Origin: an uncultured Candidatus Binatia bacterium
GTDB lineage: Bacteria > Desulfobacterota > Binatia > UBA9968 > JAJDTQ01
Direction of reading: 5' to 3'
Assembly (NCBI GenBank): GCA_965242525.1
Contig: OZ251459.1
Coordinates: 2,176,001-2,240,000 of the forward strand
DNA: 64,000 bases
Shown here: one piece after another, positions 35,053 to 44,631 of the stretch
Position numbering within the stretch: the first letter of the stretch is position 1
Layout: each line of letters opens with the position of its first letter
The notes under the pieces: model-generated
Told to the model about the DNA's origin: nothing
Database searches by the model: none
The model's input: only the letters and a program-made list of their open reading frames with translations
Position numbers and translations under genes: made by a program

Positions 35053-36126
35053 GTGGAAACCATGGACCGGAAGATCGTTCACGTCGTCGGCACGGGCACC
35101 ATCGGTGAACCCCTCATCGGCATCCTATCGACCTTCAGGGAGGCGTTCGGGGTCGACGAGGTGACGTTCAACAAGCAGACTCCGCGGGTCACCGACCGGT
35201 CGAAGGTGACGGCCCTCCAGGACAAGGGGGCCAAGCTGAGCGCGGGCAAGGAGCACTGGGGCCGGTTCGCCGAGTTGGGGATGGAGCCCGCCTACGAGTC
35301 GGAGGCCGCCATCGAAAGGGCCACCGTGGTCATCGACTGCACGCCGGTGGGGAACGAGAACAGGGAGAAGTACTACAAGCGGTACGCGGGCAACGGCAAG
35401 GGCTTCATCGCGCAGGGCAGCGAGTTCGGCTTCGGCAAGATGTATGCCCGGGGCATCAACGACGCCGCGCTCCAGCGGGAGGAGGACCGGTTCATCCAGG
35501 TGGTGAGCTGCAACACCCACAACCTGGCGGTGCTCATCGACACCCTGGCCCTGGGACCGGAGAAGGAAGACAACCTCGAAGCCGGGAGGTTCGTCTGCAT
35601 GCGCCGGGCCAACGACATCAGCCAGGAAGGGGACTTCATCCCGGCCCCCGAGGTGGGACGGCACGACGACGAACGGTTCGGGACCCACCAGGGACGGGAC
35701 GCCTATTACCTGTTCAAGTCCCTGGGGCTGGACCTCGACATCTACTCGTCCGCCCTCAAGATCAACACCCAGTACATGCACACCATCCACTTCAACCTGA
35801 TCCTCAAACGGGCGGTGGACATGGACCAGCTCATGCAGCGGCTGCGGTCGAACCCCCGCATCGCGGTCACCAACAAGAAGTCGTCGGCCTCGGTGTTCTC
35901 CTTCGGCCGGGACCACGGGCTGTTCGGCCGCATCCTGAACCACACCGCCATCGTCACCCAGAGCCTCGCCCTGAGGGGGGAGCGCGAGGTGGTGGGCATG
36001 TGCTTCACCTCCCAGGACGGGAACTCGCTCCTGAGCAGCATCGCCGCAACCCTGTGGCTGCTGAACCCGGACACCTACGAAGACCGCCTGCAATCCATCC
36101 GGCCCTACTTCTTCCGGGAGATCTGA
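35053..36126 (+). CDS. Archaeal-type (type II) GAPDH-like dehydrogenase
   Basis: VHVVGTGTIG, VIDCTP, IAQGSE, VVSCNTH, CMRRAND. Confidence 0.7.
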   Translation: METMDRKIVHVVGTGTIGEPLIGILSTFREAFGVDEVTFNKQTPRVTDRSKVTALQDKGAKLSAGKEHWGRFAELGMEPAYESEAAIERATVVIDCTPVGNENREKYYKRYAGNGKGFIAQGSEFGFGKMYARGINDAALQREEDRFIQVVSCNTHNLAVLIDTLALGPEKEDNLEAGRFVCMRRANDISQEGDFIPAPEVGRHDDERFGTHQGRDAYYLFKSLGLDLDIYSSALKINTQYMHTIHFNLILKRAVDMDQLMQRLRSNPRIAVTNKKSSASVFSFGRDHGLFGRILNHTAIVTQSLALRGEREVVGMCFTSQDGNSLLSSIAATLWLLNPDTYEDRLQSIRPYFFREI

Positions 36127-36263
36127 CCGCAGGTCTTTCCCTGCCGGCTCATGGAGTTGTCGTAGCTCGCCTGCCGCCCCCGGTTCTTCCGGGAGCCTTG
36201 TTCTTCCGAGAAATCCGACCGCGTATCTTTCCTCTCTCCCCGTTCGTCCTGATTCCCTCTCTC

Positions 36264-36304
36264 CCCGTTCGTCCTGAGCGTAGCGAAGCGGAGTCGAAGG
36301 ACGC
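36264..36304. repeat. Solo REP-like core
   Basis: CCCGTTCGTCCTGAGCGTAGCGAAGCGGAGTCGAAGGACGC, preceded by a partial duplicate. Confidence 0.85.
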
Positions 36305-36364
36305 CGGAATGACGCTGTCTTCCAAGGGAAGAGGAACGGGACAAGCCAACCCCGGCAGGCCGCG

Positions 36365-37624
36365 TCAGGGTCCCAGCGCGCCTATGGGTATGACCGCCAC
36401 GCCGTCGTCCCGGAGGTAGCCGTAGCCGGAACCGACGATGACGCCCAGGAGCCGCGGCGCGCCGGTCCTGGCCGCGTCCACCCGGTCGCGGAACCTCAGC
36501 AGTGTCAGGGCGGCGGCGTCGATCTGTCCGGCGCCCAGCTTTACCTCGAAGGCGCACCAGTCGCCCTGGCGGTTCTCGACCACCGTATCCACTTCGAGGC
36601 CGGTATTGTCCCGGTAGTGATAGACGGCCGCGTCGCAGGCCCGGGCATAGACCGAGAGATCGTGGTAGGCCAGGGACTCGAACAACAGGCCCAGGAGCTC
36701 CAGGTCCGCCAACAGCCGGGCGGGAGTGGCGCCGAGGGCGGCCGCGGCCAGGGACGGATCGGCAAAGTGCCGTTTCGGGGCGCGGCGCAGGAAGGACCGG
36801 GAGCGCAGGTGGGGCGACCAGGCAGGCTGCTCCTCGTAGGCCATGAGCCGACGCAGGGCTTCCAGGTAGCCGCGCACCGTGTCGTCGTCCAGCGGGCCGC
36901 CTTCGCCGCCGGCGTCCGCGGCAAGGGTCCGCGCGCTGACCGTGGTGGCCACGTTCCGGGCCAGCGAGCGGAGCACCCGGCCGACGTTTTCCGGGTCGCG
37001 CCGGACGCCGTCCGGGCGGGAGATATCGACGCGGCGGATTTCCTCCAGGTAATCGGCGCGAGCGGTCAGGCAGGCTTCCTCGGAGAGGTCCAGGTCGCCG
37101 GGCCAGCCGCCCCGGCAAAGTTGCGCGGCGACCTCCCGCAGCGTCAGGCCGGGGTCCGCACAGCCATCGAAACGGTCGTACAGCAGGTCCCGCAGCGAGA
37201 CTTCGCCGGTGGACCGGCGGGTCTCCAGCAAGGTCATGGTGCGCAACCGGAGCCGGGAGATGCGCCCCGCCCCGGTATGGCGCGTGAGGTCGTCCGCGGG
37301 CGCCGCGGAGCCGGTCAGGATGAACCGACCGGGAACCCTGCCCCGATCGACGGCCCGCCGGACGTGGTTCCACAGCGCCGGCTCCACCTGCCATTCGTCG
37401 ATGAGCCGCGGCGCGTCCCCCGCCAGCACCAGCGTCGGGTCCACCGCGGCGGCGCGGCGCGCGTTCTCGTCCACGTCCAGCAAGACCTCGCTGGCCGCCA
37501 CTTGGCGGGCCATGGCCGTCTTGCCGCAGGCCCTGGGGCCCTCGATGAGCACCGCGCCCGCGGATTGCAGACGGCGGACGAGCTCCGCATCGCCTATCCG
37601 GGATTGGTACGCGTCGCCTGCCAT
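36365..37624 (-). CDS. AAA_14 ATPase + DUF4143 protein
   Basis: GPRACGKT, IDEWQ, FILTGSA, KRHFADPSL, EVDTV...FEVKLG. Confidence 0.9.
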   Translation of the reverse strand: MAGDAYQSRIGDAELVRRLQSAGAVLIEGPRACGKTAMARQVAASEVLLDVDENARRAAAVDPTLVLAGDAPRLIDEWQVEPALWNHVRRAVDRGRVPGRFILTGSAAPADDLTRHTGAGRISRLRLRTMTLLETRRSTGEVSLRDLLYDRFDGCADPGLTLREVAAQLCRGGWPGDLDLSEEACLTARADYLEEIRRVDISRPDGVRRDPENVGRVLRSLARNVATTVSARTLAADAGGEGGPLDDDTVRGYLEALRRLMAYEEQPAWSPHLRSRSFLRRAPKRHFADPSLAAAALGATPARLLADLELLGLLFESLAYHDLSVYARACDAAVYHYRDNTGLEVDTVVENRQGDWCAFEVKLGAGQIDAAALTLLRFRDRVDAARTGAPRLLGVIVGSGYGYLRDDGVAVIPIGALGP

Positions 37625-37640
37625 CACGTCATCCGTCCGA

Positions 37641-37737
37641 ACCGGGCATATGTAACAGATACAACCAGGAATATGCAAGGGAAATAGCCGGGCATATGCA
37701 AAAAAAGTAACCGGGCATATGCAACAGAGACAGCCGG
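37641..37737. repeat. Four 23-bp tandem repeats (core RCCGGGCATATGCAA)
   Basis: Units start at 37641, 37664, 37687 and 37710, with a partial unit at 37733. Confidence 0.85.
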
Positions 37738-37767
37738 TCTCATGCAGGCGAGGCCCCGGAGGCCGGC

Positions 37768-38247
37768 CTACGGAACGCCGATGAAGCGGGCGGAGTCGCC
37801 CACCGCGATGCCCTTCCGGCGCGCCACCCCGGCTCGGACCTCCAGGACGTACCGGCTGGGAACGCCGACGCTCAGGGCACGGGTCGAGAAGGGGACGGTG
37901 TCGTGGAGGATCCCTACGACCTCGCGGCGGCGGTTCATGAAGATGATGTCCAGGGACAGGGGCGTGTCCTTCATCCAGAAGGATTGCTCCTGCTCGTCGG
38001 GAAACAGGAACAGCATCCCCTGGTCTTCCTGCAGGTCGCGCCGGTACATCAATCCCCGGCGCCGCTTCCGGGCCGTATCGGCGACCTCGACCCTGAAGGC
38101 GGCCTTGTCTCCCTGCGGACCCTCGATCACCACCGACGGCGCGGCGTCGCAGCCGGCCTGGACCCCGAGCAGGAGCGCACAGGCCAGCAGCGTCGGGAGG
38201 ACGCGCCGAACGCCGGCCAAGGGGCGTGGAAAGGGACGCATGGACAA
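37768..38247 (-). CDS. DUF192 family protein
   Basis: VEVADT...GLMYR...GMLF...FWMKDTPLSLDIIF...VLEV. Confidence 0.92.
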   Translation of the reverse strand: MSMRPFPRPLAGVRRVLPTLLACALLLGVQAGCDAAPSVVIEGPQGDKAAFRVEVADTARKRRRGLMYRRDLQEDQGMLFLFPDEQEQSFWMKDTPLSLDIIFMNRRREVVGILHDTVPFSTRALSVGVPSRYVLEVRAGVARRKGIAVGDSARFIGVP

Positions 38248-38334
38248 GACGTTCGCCCTATGAGGGTTTCTGGGTTAGAATGAGCGCGGTCCAACGTCTC
38301 CCTGAAAACCCGCACGTCCGCAACCGCGCCCCCC

Positions 38335-39825
38335 ATGATCCTGCCTTCATACCGCGACTTCACCGCCCTCGCCAGACGGGGGAACCTGGTCCCGGTGTAC
38401 GAGGAGATCCTCATGGACCTGGAAACGCCGGTCTCCTTCTACAACCGGCTCAGGAAGAACCGCTATTCGTTCCTGCTGGAAAGCGTCGAGGGCAGCGAGC
38501 GGTGGGCGCGCTATTCGTTCCTGGGGACGGCGCCGGAGATGGTCTTCAAGGCATGGGGGCGCGAGGTCCAGGTCACCCGGGGCCGAAAGACCCGGTCCTG
38601 GACCTGCGACAACCCCTTGCAGGCGGTGGAAGAGATCCTCGACGAATACCGGCCCGCCGCCACCCTGCCGGACCTTCCCTTCACCGGCGGGGCCTTGGGT
38701 TACGTGGCGTACGACGCGGTGGAGAGGCTGCACCGGGTACCCAACGCGGCCGAACGCGCCGCGGGGGCGCCGGACGTCTTCTTCCTGCTGGTGCGCACCC
38801 TGGTGAGTTTCGACAACCTCAAGCACACCATCACCATCATCGACAACGTCCACGTGGAAAAGGGCAAGCGCCTGCGGGACCTCTACCAGGAGGCCCGGGC
38901 GCGGATCGAGAAGCTGCGGTCCTCCCTGCGGAAACCGTCCAAGACCCTGGAAGCCAGGCGGCTTCCCCGCTCCGCCGCCAAGGTCCGGTTCCGGTCCAAC
39001 GTGACGCCCAGAGCGTTCCACGCCATGGTGCGCAAGGGAAAGGAGTACATCGCGGCCGGCGACGTCATCCAGGTGGTGCTGTCCCAGCGGCTGGAGACCC
39101 GGACCCGGGCGGAACCCTTGGAGATCTACCGCGCGCTGCGGTTCACCAACCCCTCCCCCTACATGTTCTTCCTGGAGCTGGACGACCTCAAGATCATCGG
39201 CTCGTCGCCGGAGATCCTCGTTCGCCTCACCGGACGCAACATCGCGCTCCGGCCCATTGCCGGAACCCGACCGCGAGGCAGGGACCCGCAGGAAGAGAAG
39301 GACCTGGAGGAGAACCTCCTCGCCGACCCCAAGGAGCGGGCCGAGCACATCATGCTGGTGGACCTGGGCCGCAACGACCTGGGGCGGGTGGCGGAGGTGG
39401 GTTCGGTGGAGGTGGATCAGCTCATGACCATCGAACGCTACTCCCACGTCATGCACATCGTCTCCAACGTCAAGGGCGAACTGGCCCGGGGAAGGACGCC
39501 GCTGGACCTGTTCGTCTCCTGCTTTCCCGCAGGGACGGTCTCGGGCGCGCCCAAGATCCGAGCCATGCAGATCATCAGCGAACTGGAGCCGCAGCGACGG
39601 GGACTCTACGCCGGCGCCATCGGCTACCTGGGCTTCAACCGCAACCTGGACACCTGCATCGCCATCCGCACCATCACCGTCCGGGGCGACACCGCGGTCA
39701 TCCAGGCCGGAGCCGGGATCGTGGCGGACTCCGACCCGCGGAACGAATACCAGGAGACCCTCAACAAGGCGCGGGGAATGCTCAAGGCCATCGAACTCGC
39801 CGAATCCTGGGAGAGGGACCGCTGA
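38335..39825 (+). CDS. trpE: Anthranilate synthase component I
   Basis: FLLESVEG, NPSPYMF, PIAGTRPRG, EHIMLVDLGRND. Confidence 0.92.
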   Translation: MILPSYRDFTALARRGNLVPVYEEILMDLETPVSFYNRLRKNRYSFLLESVEGSERWARYSFLGTAPEMVFKAWGREVQVTRGRKTRSWTCDNPLQAVEEILDEYRPAATLPDLPFTGGALGYVAYDAVERLHRVPNAAERAAGAPDVFFLLVRTLVSFDNLKHTITIIDNVHVEKGKRLRDLYQEARARIEKLRSSLRKPSKTLEARRLPRSAAKVRFRSNVTPRAFHAMVRKGKEYIAAGDVIQVVLSQRLETRTRAEPLEIYRALRFTNPSPYMFFLELDDLKIIGSSPEILVRLTGRNIALRPIAGTRPRGRDPQEEKDLEENLLADPKERAEHIMLVDLGRNDLGRVAEVGSVEVDQLMTIERYSHVMHIVSNVKGELARGRTPLDLFVSCFPAGTVSGAPKIRAMQIISELEPQRRGLYAGAIGYLGFNRNLDTCIAIRTITVRGDTAVIQAGAGIVADSDPRNEYQETLNKARGMLKAIELAESWERDR

Positions 39826-39826
39826 C

Positions 39827-40396
<570 letters not shown>

Positions 40397-40453
40397 GGGG
40401 AGGGGGTTTATCTGTAAGGACGTATGCTGAAGGACATGCTCGAAGGTTGTGAA

Positions 40454-41497
40454 TCACAGCCCGCCATGGGCCTTCAATAACTCTATCACTTCCAGGAATG
40501 GCCTAACGGACTTCGCCCGATCCATACCGACCCGTGCAACCTCAAGAGCCGTCCTTCCGGTCTTGTCCAAGACGTTGACGTTGGCCCCAGCCTTCAACAG
40601 GGTCTGGGTGGCTATCACATGTCCTCTGAGCGCTTCCCCATGCAGAGCCGTCCCTCCATTTCCCCTGCCTAGGACGTTGACGTCGGCCCCGGATTCGAGC
40701 AGGACCCGGGTGGCTGCTACCTGTCCTTCGGAGGCTGCCCAATGCAGTGCTGTCCTTCCGGTCTCACCCCCGGCGTTGACGTTAACCCCGGCTTCAAGCA
40801 GGATCTGAATAGCTGCTACATGTCCTTTGAACGCCGCCCAATGCAATGCTGTCCTTCCAGTCCTGTCCTCTGCGTTGACGTTAGCCCCGGCCTTCAGCAG
40901 GGCCTGCATGGCTGCTACTTGTCCTTCGGATGCTACCCAATGCAGTGCTGTCCTTCCCGTCTTGTCCTCTGCGTTGACGTTGGCTCCGGCCTTGAGCAGG
41001 ACCCGGATAGCTGCTACATGTCCTTCGGATGCCACCCAAAGCAGAGCCGTCCCTCCGTTCTCACCTAGGGCGTTGACATTGGCCCTGGCTTCGAGCAAGA
41101 CCTGAATAGCTGCTACATGTCCCTTGAACGCTGCCCAATGCAGTGCCGTCCTTCCGATCTTGTCTAGGGCGTTGACGTTAGCCCCGGCCTTCAGCAGGGC
41201 CTGCATGGCTGCTACTTGTCCTTCGGAAGCCGCCCAATGCAGTGCTGTCCTTCCCGTCTTGTCCTTGGCGTTGACCTTGGCCCCGGCCTTCAGCAGGGAC
41301 TGCATGGCTGCTACCTGTCCTTCGGAAGCCGCCCAATGCAGTGCCGTCCTTCCCGTTTTGTCCTTGGCGTTGACGTTAGCCGCTTCACGGTGCTCCGTCG
41401 TCCTTCCGGTCTCGTCCTTGGCATTGACCTCGACCCTAGCCTTCAGCAGTCGCTGGCAGCGGGCCAGTACCAAGTTGATCCGTTTCAGAAGGCTCAC
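40454..41497 (-). CDS. Ankyrin repeat protein (about 8 full repeats)
   Basis: Repeated GRTALHWAA.EG......LLKAGANVNA, 99-bp DNA period. Confidence 0.92.
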   Translation of the reverse strand: MSLLKRINLVLARCQRLLKARVEVNAKDETGRTTEHREAANVNAKDKTGRTALHWAASEGQVAAMQSLLKAGAKVNAKDKTGRTALHWAASEGQVAAMQALLKAGANVNALDKIGRTALHWAAFKGHVAAIQVLLEARANVNALGENGGTALLWVASEGHVAAIRVLLKAGANVNAEDKTGRTALHWVASEGQVAAMQALLKAGANVNAEDRTGRTALHWAAFKGHVAAIQILLEAGVNVNAGGETGRTALHWAASEGQVAATRVLLESGADVNVLGRGNGGTALHGEALRGHVIATQTLLKAGANVNVLDKTGRTALEVARVGMDRAKSVRPFLEVIELLKAHGGL

Positions 41498-41614
41498 GTC
41501 GTCACCGACCGTCTGATTGCACAGGACCGTTGAGATCGGCTGAAGGTTGGGTCATGTCTTGCTCCCCCTTCGGGCTGTTGCCGTCACAGGACCAGATGAA
41601 TTACTGATAGATCA

Positions 41615-41651
41615 CGTCCTTCGACTTCGCTTCGCTACACTCAGGACGAAC
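41615..41651. repeat. Solo REP-like core
   Basis: CGTCCTTCGACTTCGCTTCGCTACACTCAGGACGAAC. Confidence 0.85.
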
Positions 41652-41755
41652 AGAGACAGGATTTCCTCTTTGCTCACTACCTCTGGCAACTACTATCAGA
41701 AGTTTCATATCGCAATCCTTACGTCACATCGGCGTCGGATTGTCGAAAGGTCGTT

Positions 41756-42217
41756 TCAGCGCGGGCGCGCTGGAAATCCGGTCTCGTCTTGACAGGGAAG
41801 GGCAACCCGGTGCTTTTGGCAGACGTCATAGAAGTCCCTCGGATTGAAAGTCAACATCGCTGAAATAGAGACGTTGGTATCTTCGACGATCGCGCGGAGT
41901 ACGGCGTCAACGAGGCTGAAGGGACGTTGTGAAGCTGTTTCCATAGCGGTTCGATATGACCTGTCCCGATAGGGGGAGTCGTCGAGCAGTACCGTATCCG
42001 GACGAACCACGATTGCGCCGAAGCGGGCCAGGACTCCAGGCATCTTGACGAACCTCGTGTTCATCGTCTCGTAGAGAACCGGCCAAGGCAAGACGATGGG
42101 CCATTGTTCCAGCAAGTCTTGCTTGCGCTTCGCCGCCGAGTGATGTTCGTCTCTTTCCGTATAGAGCGCGAAGAAGTAGCCGGTATCCACCAGCAGTCCA
42201 TGATTGGCCACGATCAC
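41756..42217 (-). CDS. PIN domain protein
   Basis: LLVDTGYFFAL...VLYET...SLVDA...LTFNPRDF. Confidence 0.8.
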   Translation of the reverse strand: MIVANHGLLVDTGYFFALYTERDEHHSAAKRKQDLLEQWPIVLPWPVLYETMNTRFVKMPGVLARFGAIVVRPDTVLLDDSPYRDRSYRTAMETASQRPFSLVDAVLRAIVEDTNVSISAMLTFNPRDFYDVCQKHRVALPCQDETGFPARPR

Positions 42218-42531
42218 TCCATGTCTTCTTCGGGATCACCGTGGTCGCCAAATCCTTCCCAAGGAGCGCCCTTCCTGCGACCGACGATATAACCTCCACG
42301 GATCTTTCCATCGTCCTTCCCGATGACGTAGATCCTCGACCGCTTGTCGAGCGCGACCGCGCCGCTAATGTCGCTCTTCAGGGACTCCTTCAGGTCCCCT
42401 TCATGCGAATACGTCAGGAATGCCACGCTGGAACCACACTCCTTCGCGCCGAGGTTGTCGAGCCACGAATACATCCCTTCGTAGTCGCCGTTGACACCAA
42501 GGTCATAGGACAGCCAGATTACGCTTTTCAT
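42214..42531 (-). CDS. Cas2/VapD-like small protein (putative)
   Basis: IWLSYDL-helix-GSSVAF...RIYVI ferredoxin-like pattern; overlaps the PIN start. Confidence 0.5.
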   Translation of the reverse strand: MKSVIWLSYDLGVNGDYEGMYSWLDNLGAKECGSSVAFLTYSHEGDLKESLKSDISGAVALDKRSRIYVIGKDDGKIRGGYIVGRRKGAPWEGFGDHGDPEEDME

Positions 42532-42568
42532 ATCCCTGCTCCAATCCGCGACCAAATCGTACACGCCG

Positions 42569-42817
42569 CTAATACACGGCATGCGAGAACCAACCCAGGT
42601 CCACTACGGCGAACGACACCTGCTGCACGGAGAACAGCTTGTCGTCGTACAGTGCCCGAGCGGCTACGTGGGCGTCGCGCAACGTGTCGTAGAACCCGAC
42701 ACACTCACCGTGCCTCATCAATGCCCAGCGATTGGCCTCCCGGGATATCAAGTCCGGGAGCATCTTCTGGAAGGCTTCGAAGTTGGCGTCCACTTCCGCC
42801 TGTAATTTTTCGTGCAT
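42569..42817 (-). CDS. Small conserved hypothetical protein (DUF5678-like)
   Basis: NFEAF...WALMRHGECVGFYDT...FSVQQV; RBS GGAGGGAG. Confidence 0.6.
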   Translation of the reverse strand: MHEKLQAEVDANFEAFQKMLPDLISREANRWALMRHGECVGFYDTLRDAHVAARALYDDKLFSVQQVSFAVVDLGWFSHAVY

Positions 42818-42832
42818 TGTCTCCCTCCTGTG

Positions 42833-43780
42833 TCATTCGACCGGACTTGGACCGGGACTCGCTGCATCATCGTACTTTACGCCGGTTTCGAGAAGCACCA
42901 GTTGTTCCACTGGTTCTTCAGGCGCTTCGTAAAGTGTCGCGTTGAAATTCATGAGCAGCGCCTCTATCATCGGGTTCCGATTGTCCTCCTTGGCGCCGAC
43001 ATGGTAGAAATGCCTCCTGGTCAGGAGCTGAAAATCCGACCACAGGCTGTCTATGAACCCGTTTTCTCGAAAATCGTTGCTGTGCCATGTTGACAGGATG
43101 AACCTGCATGGCGCAGAGGACAACAAGGCAGCCATCTCTCTTTCGTATCTCTCGTCCCAGCCATTGAAGTAGTCGGAGTGACGCGCAATGTACGGAGGGT
43201 CGCAGTAGATCAAATCTCCATACTTGGCAGCGCCAATCGTATCAGAAAAATCCTGACAGGCAAACTCGTAGTCTCCAAGGCTGAGTATGTCCGAAACCGT
43301 CTGGACCTGATTGGAGATCTTCGTGATGTACGCCTGGGAAAAACGCCCGGGCTTACGACAGAACGGAACATTGAAATTGCCATCATGGTTGAAACGGATC
43401 AGTCCATTGAAACATGCTCGATTCAAGAACAGAAAGTCCATCGGGTCGTGGTAACGATTGAACCGGTCGCGCATCGTGTAGTAGTGCTGCCCTCCGGAAC
43501 GCAAAAGCGCAGACCCTTCCTTCTCGAGGAATCTGCGTATTGAAGTTGAAGTGATCTTCTTCTCCACGATTGCAGTATAGAAATTGACAATATGGGGGTT
43601 CGAGTCCGCCAGAACCGCCCGCTTGGGACGGATGTTGAACGCAACGACTCCGGATCCCATGAAAGGCTCGATCCATCTCCCATCGAAATCGGACGGGACC
43701 ACCGCCCGAATCCAGGGTACGAGCTTCGTCTTGATACCCTGGCACTTGATCGGCGGAACCACGGTCCGGTATGCGCTCAT
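42833..43780 (-). CDS. Dam-family (D12) DNA adenine methyltransferase
   Basis: GIKTKL, IEPFMGSG, FNGLIRFN, YCDPPY. Confidence 0.92.
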   Translation of the reverse strand: MSAYRTVVPPIKCQGIKTKLVPWIRAVVPSDFDGRWIEPFMGSGVVAFNIRPKRAVLADSNPHIVNFYTAIVEKKITSTSIRRFLEKEGSALLRSGGQHYYTMRDRFNRYHDPMDFLFLNRACFNGLIRFNHDGNFNVPFCRKPGRFSQAYITKISNQVQTVSDILSLGDYEFACQDFSDTIGAAKYGDLIYCDPPYIARHSDYFNGWDERYEREMAALLSSAPCRFILSTWHSNDFRENGFIDSLWSDFQLLTRRHFYHVGAKEDNRNPMIEALLMNFNATLYEAPEEPVEQLVLLETGVKYDDAASPGPSPVE

Positions 43781-43859
43781 TCGAGGTCGTTCCTCGGGAC
43801 GATGAGAAAACCGTCGCTGCCGCGATCCCGGGCTACACTTCCTCTCGAACCGGCACTCC

Positions 43860-44090
43860 CTACGCCCCCTGCGAAACGTAGGCCCGCGCGCACTCCTCGC
43901 TGCAGAAATAGTGGCCCTTCGACTGGTAGGCCTCGTTCCTGGGGACGTAGCTCTTGCAGTGAGGGTCGAGGACCATGCTTTCCCCGCGGGACGAGTCCGC
44001 GGCGCCGCCTTTTCGTCCTCTCAGGCTCGAATAGACCACCACCAGCAGGAGATAGACGAGCAGGGCCAGTATGAGCAGCTTGAGGATCAT
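43860..44090 (-). CDS. Small TM + TRASH/YHS-like protein
   Basis: N-terminal TM; MVLDPHCKSYVP...FCSEEC. Confidence 0.75.
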   Translation of the reverse strand: MILKLLILALLVYLLLVVVYSSLRGRKGGAADSSRGESMVLDPHCKSYVPRNEAYQSKGHYFCSEECARAYVSQGA

Positions 44091-44122
44091 GTTACGTCAC
44101 CGCCGCGGACGACCGCCGCAAC

Positions 44123-44626
44123 TCATGCGCCTCGCAGGGGGGATCCCTCATGGACCCGCCTGCCGTCTTCCACCCGGGCCAGCAGGTCCCGCACATCCAG
44201 GCCCAGCCGCGGGTGCTTCCAGTCCGGCGCCACCTCGCACAGGGGGACGAGCACGAACCGGCGCCGGTGCAGCTCCGGGTGGGGAAGGATCAACTCGGGT
44301 CCTTCCAGGATCATATCATCGAAGGAGAGAATGTCCAGATCGATGATCCGGTCGGCCCAGCGCACCGGGGCGGGCCGGCGTCCCATCTTTCTCTCGACCT
44401 GTTGGCAGTGCTTCAGGAGGTCCTGCGGTCCCAGGCCCGTTTCGACCCCGAGGACGCCGTTCACGTACCACTCCGACGCCGGACCCCAGGGTTCCGTGAC
44501 GTACAGGGCCGAGACCTCCCGCACCCGGGTCTCCGGGAGCCCACCGACCTCCCTTGCGGCGCGGCGGCAGTTTTCCTCTTTCTCCCCCTGGTTCGACCCG
44601 ACCCCGATGTAGGCGCGATGCGGCAC
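44123..44626 (-). CDS. folK: 2-amino-4-hydroxy-6-hydroxymethyldihydropteridine pyrophosphokinase
   Basis: AYIGVGSN, RIIDLDIL, LPHP...RRFVLVPL. Confidence 0.92.
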   Translation of the reverse strand: MPHRAYIGVGSNQGEKEENCRRAAREVGGLPETRVREVSALYVTEPWGPASEWYVNGVLGVETGLGPQDLLKHCQQVERKMGRRPAPVRWADRIIDLDILSFDDMILEGPELILPHPELHRRRFVLVPLCEVAPDWKHPRLGLDVRDLLARVEDGRRVHEGSPLRGA

Positions 44627-44631
44627 GGACC

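Noticed and set aside
37641-37737. CRISPR array
   Set aside because: The period is only 23 bp with 8-nt variable parts, too short for spacers, and no cas operon is present.
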